Part shown: positions 63,379 through 64,000 of the stretch, piece by piece | How the letters are laid out: the number at the start of each line of letters is the position of its first letter | Position numbering within the stretch: the stretch's first letter is position 1 | NCBI GenBank assembly: GCA_038087875.1 | Contig: CM075988.1 | Location: forward strand, 4,154,001-4,218,000 | Source of the DNA: Malacoraja senta | Taxonomy: Eukaryota | Direction: 5' to 3' | Length of the DNA: 64,000 bases | The notes under the pieces: model-generated | Told to the model about the DNA's origin: nothing | The model's database searches: none | Seen by the model: only the letters and a program-made list of their open reading frames with translations | Position numbers and translations under genes: made by a program

Positions 63379-63947
63379 AGGACCTCTCCCACTTAGGCGA
63401 TTTTTTAGGTGACTACAGGCGACTAGGCTGTCGCCAGATTGTCGCCGGGTTGTTGCCTGTATGGTCTCCTCAGTCGCCCAAAGAGTCGTACCTTTTCCTG
63501 GTGGCCGGTGGATTTTGAAATGTCTAAAACCTTTCGGCGACGGTCGCCGCCCGTGGGCTTGACGCCAACGATCGTTAGCCTGACGTAGTGCTATCGCCAG
63601 GATGACGTGGGTTGTCGCCGGTGGTGACTTCAGCAAATTCCATTGGAGACTGCCGACATCAACCGGCGACAGGTACCGGCGACTGAATTGTTTTATCTTA
63701 TCGTAGCTTATCGCGGATGGATGTAGGTTGTCGTAAGTCTGGTCGTAGGTGGATGTCCTAATGGGTCGCCGGTTGTCGGTAGCTTTGGGCGACTGAGGAG
63801 ACCATACAGGCATGACGTCAACGACGTGGTAGGTTTTTGTAAAGATTGTCATAGACATTGTCGTAGGGGGGTCCAGTTGCCGGTTTTTGAGCAACCTGCT
63901 ACGACTATGACAGTCGCTGAAAAAATCGCCTAAGTGGGACAGGCCCA
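63379..63947. mobile_element. PIF/Harbinger-like MITE (569 bp)
   Basis: TIR (A/T)GG.CCT.TCCCACTTAGGCGATTTTTT; TTA duplicated (63376-63378 and 63948-63950); GTCGCC/GGCGAC-rich interior. Confidence 0.85.
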
Positions 63948-64000
63948 TTAATATGATACTGATTAGAAGCCCTGGGGAATGTAAAATTGTAGGTGCATCT

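Noticed and set aside
63376..63948. 190-aa ORF as a transposase
   Set aside because: It spans a MITE end to end and shows no DDE or Myb motifs.

Overview
Eukaryotic, repeat-dominated vertebrate DNA. The repeat repertoire (HE1-like tRNA-derived V-SINEs sharing a 3' tail with CR1/HER1-like LINEs, Rex1/Babar, Neptune-type Penelope) points to a cartilaginous fish, probably a skate or ray (inference). The only host-gene signal is a CpG-rich 5' end on the minus strand: a 46-nt signal-peptide exon (13364-13319), a possible alternative first exon (ending 11485) and a 26-bp minisatellite just upstream. The gene is not identified and no downstream exon was recognised. The centre of the window holds a ~13.5-kb nested cluster inside one short Rex1-like fragment. 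It contains a DIRS1-type tyrosine-recombinase retrotransposon with intact ITR/ICR termini (22638-28940), itself interrupted by a CR1 that carries a Penelope fragment. It also contains a PIF/Harbinger-like MITE (28969-36111) holding a full-length Tx1-clade LINE (29314-35753, 10-bp TSD). About 20 short Penelope-derived units carry a minimal hammerhead-ribozyme-like motif (CTGAAGA-A-GGGT-CTCG-ACCC-GAAAC-GTC), often as inverted pairs. Family names come from recognised motifs, not database searches. Most repeat boundaries are approximate (about +/-20 bp) unless a TSD is quoted.
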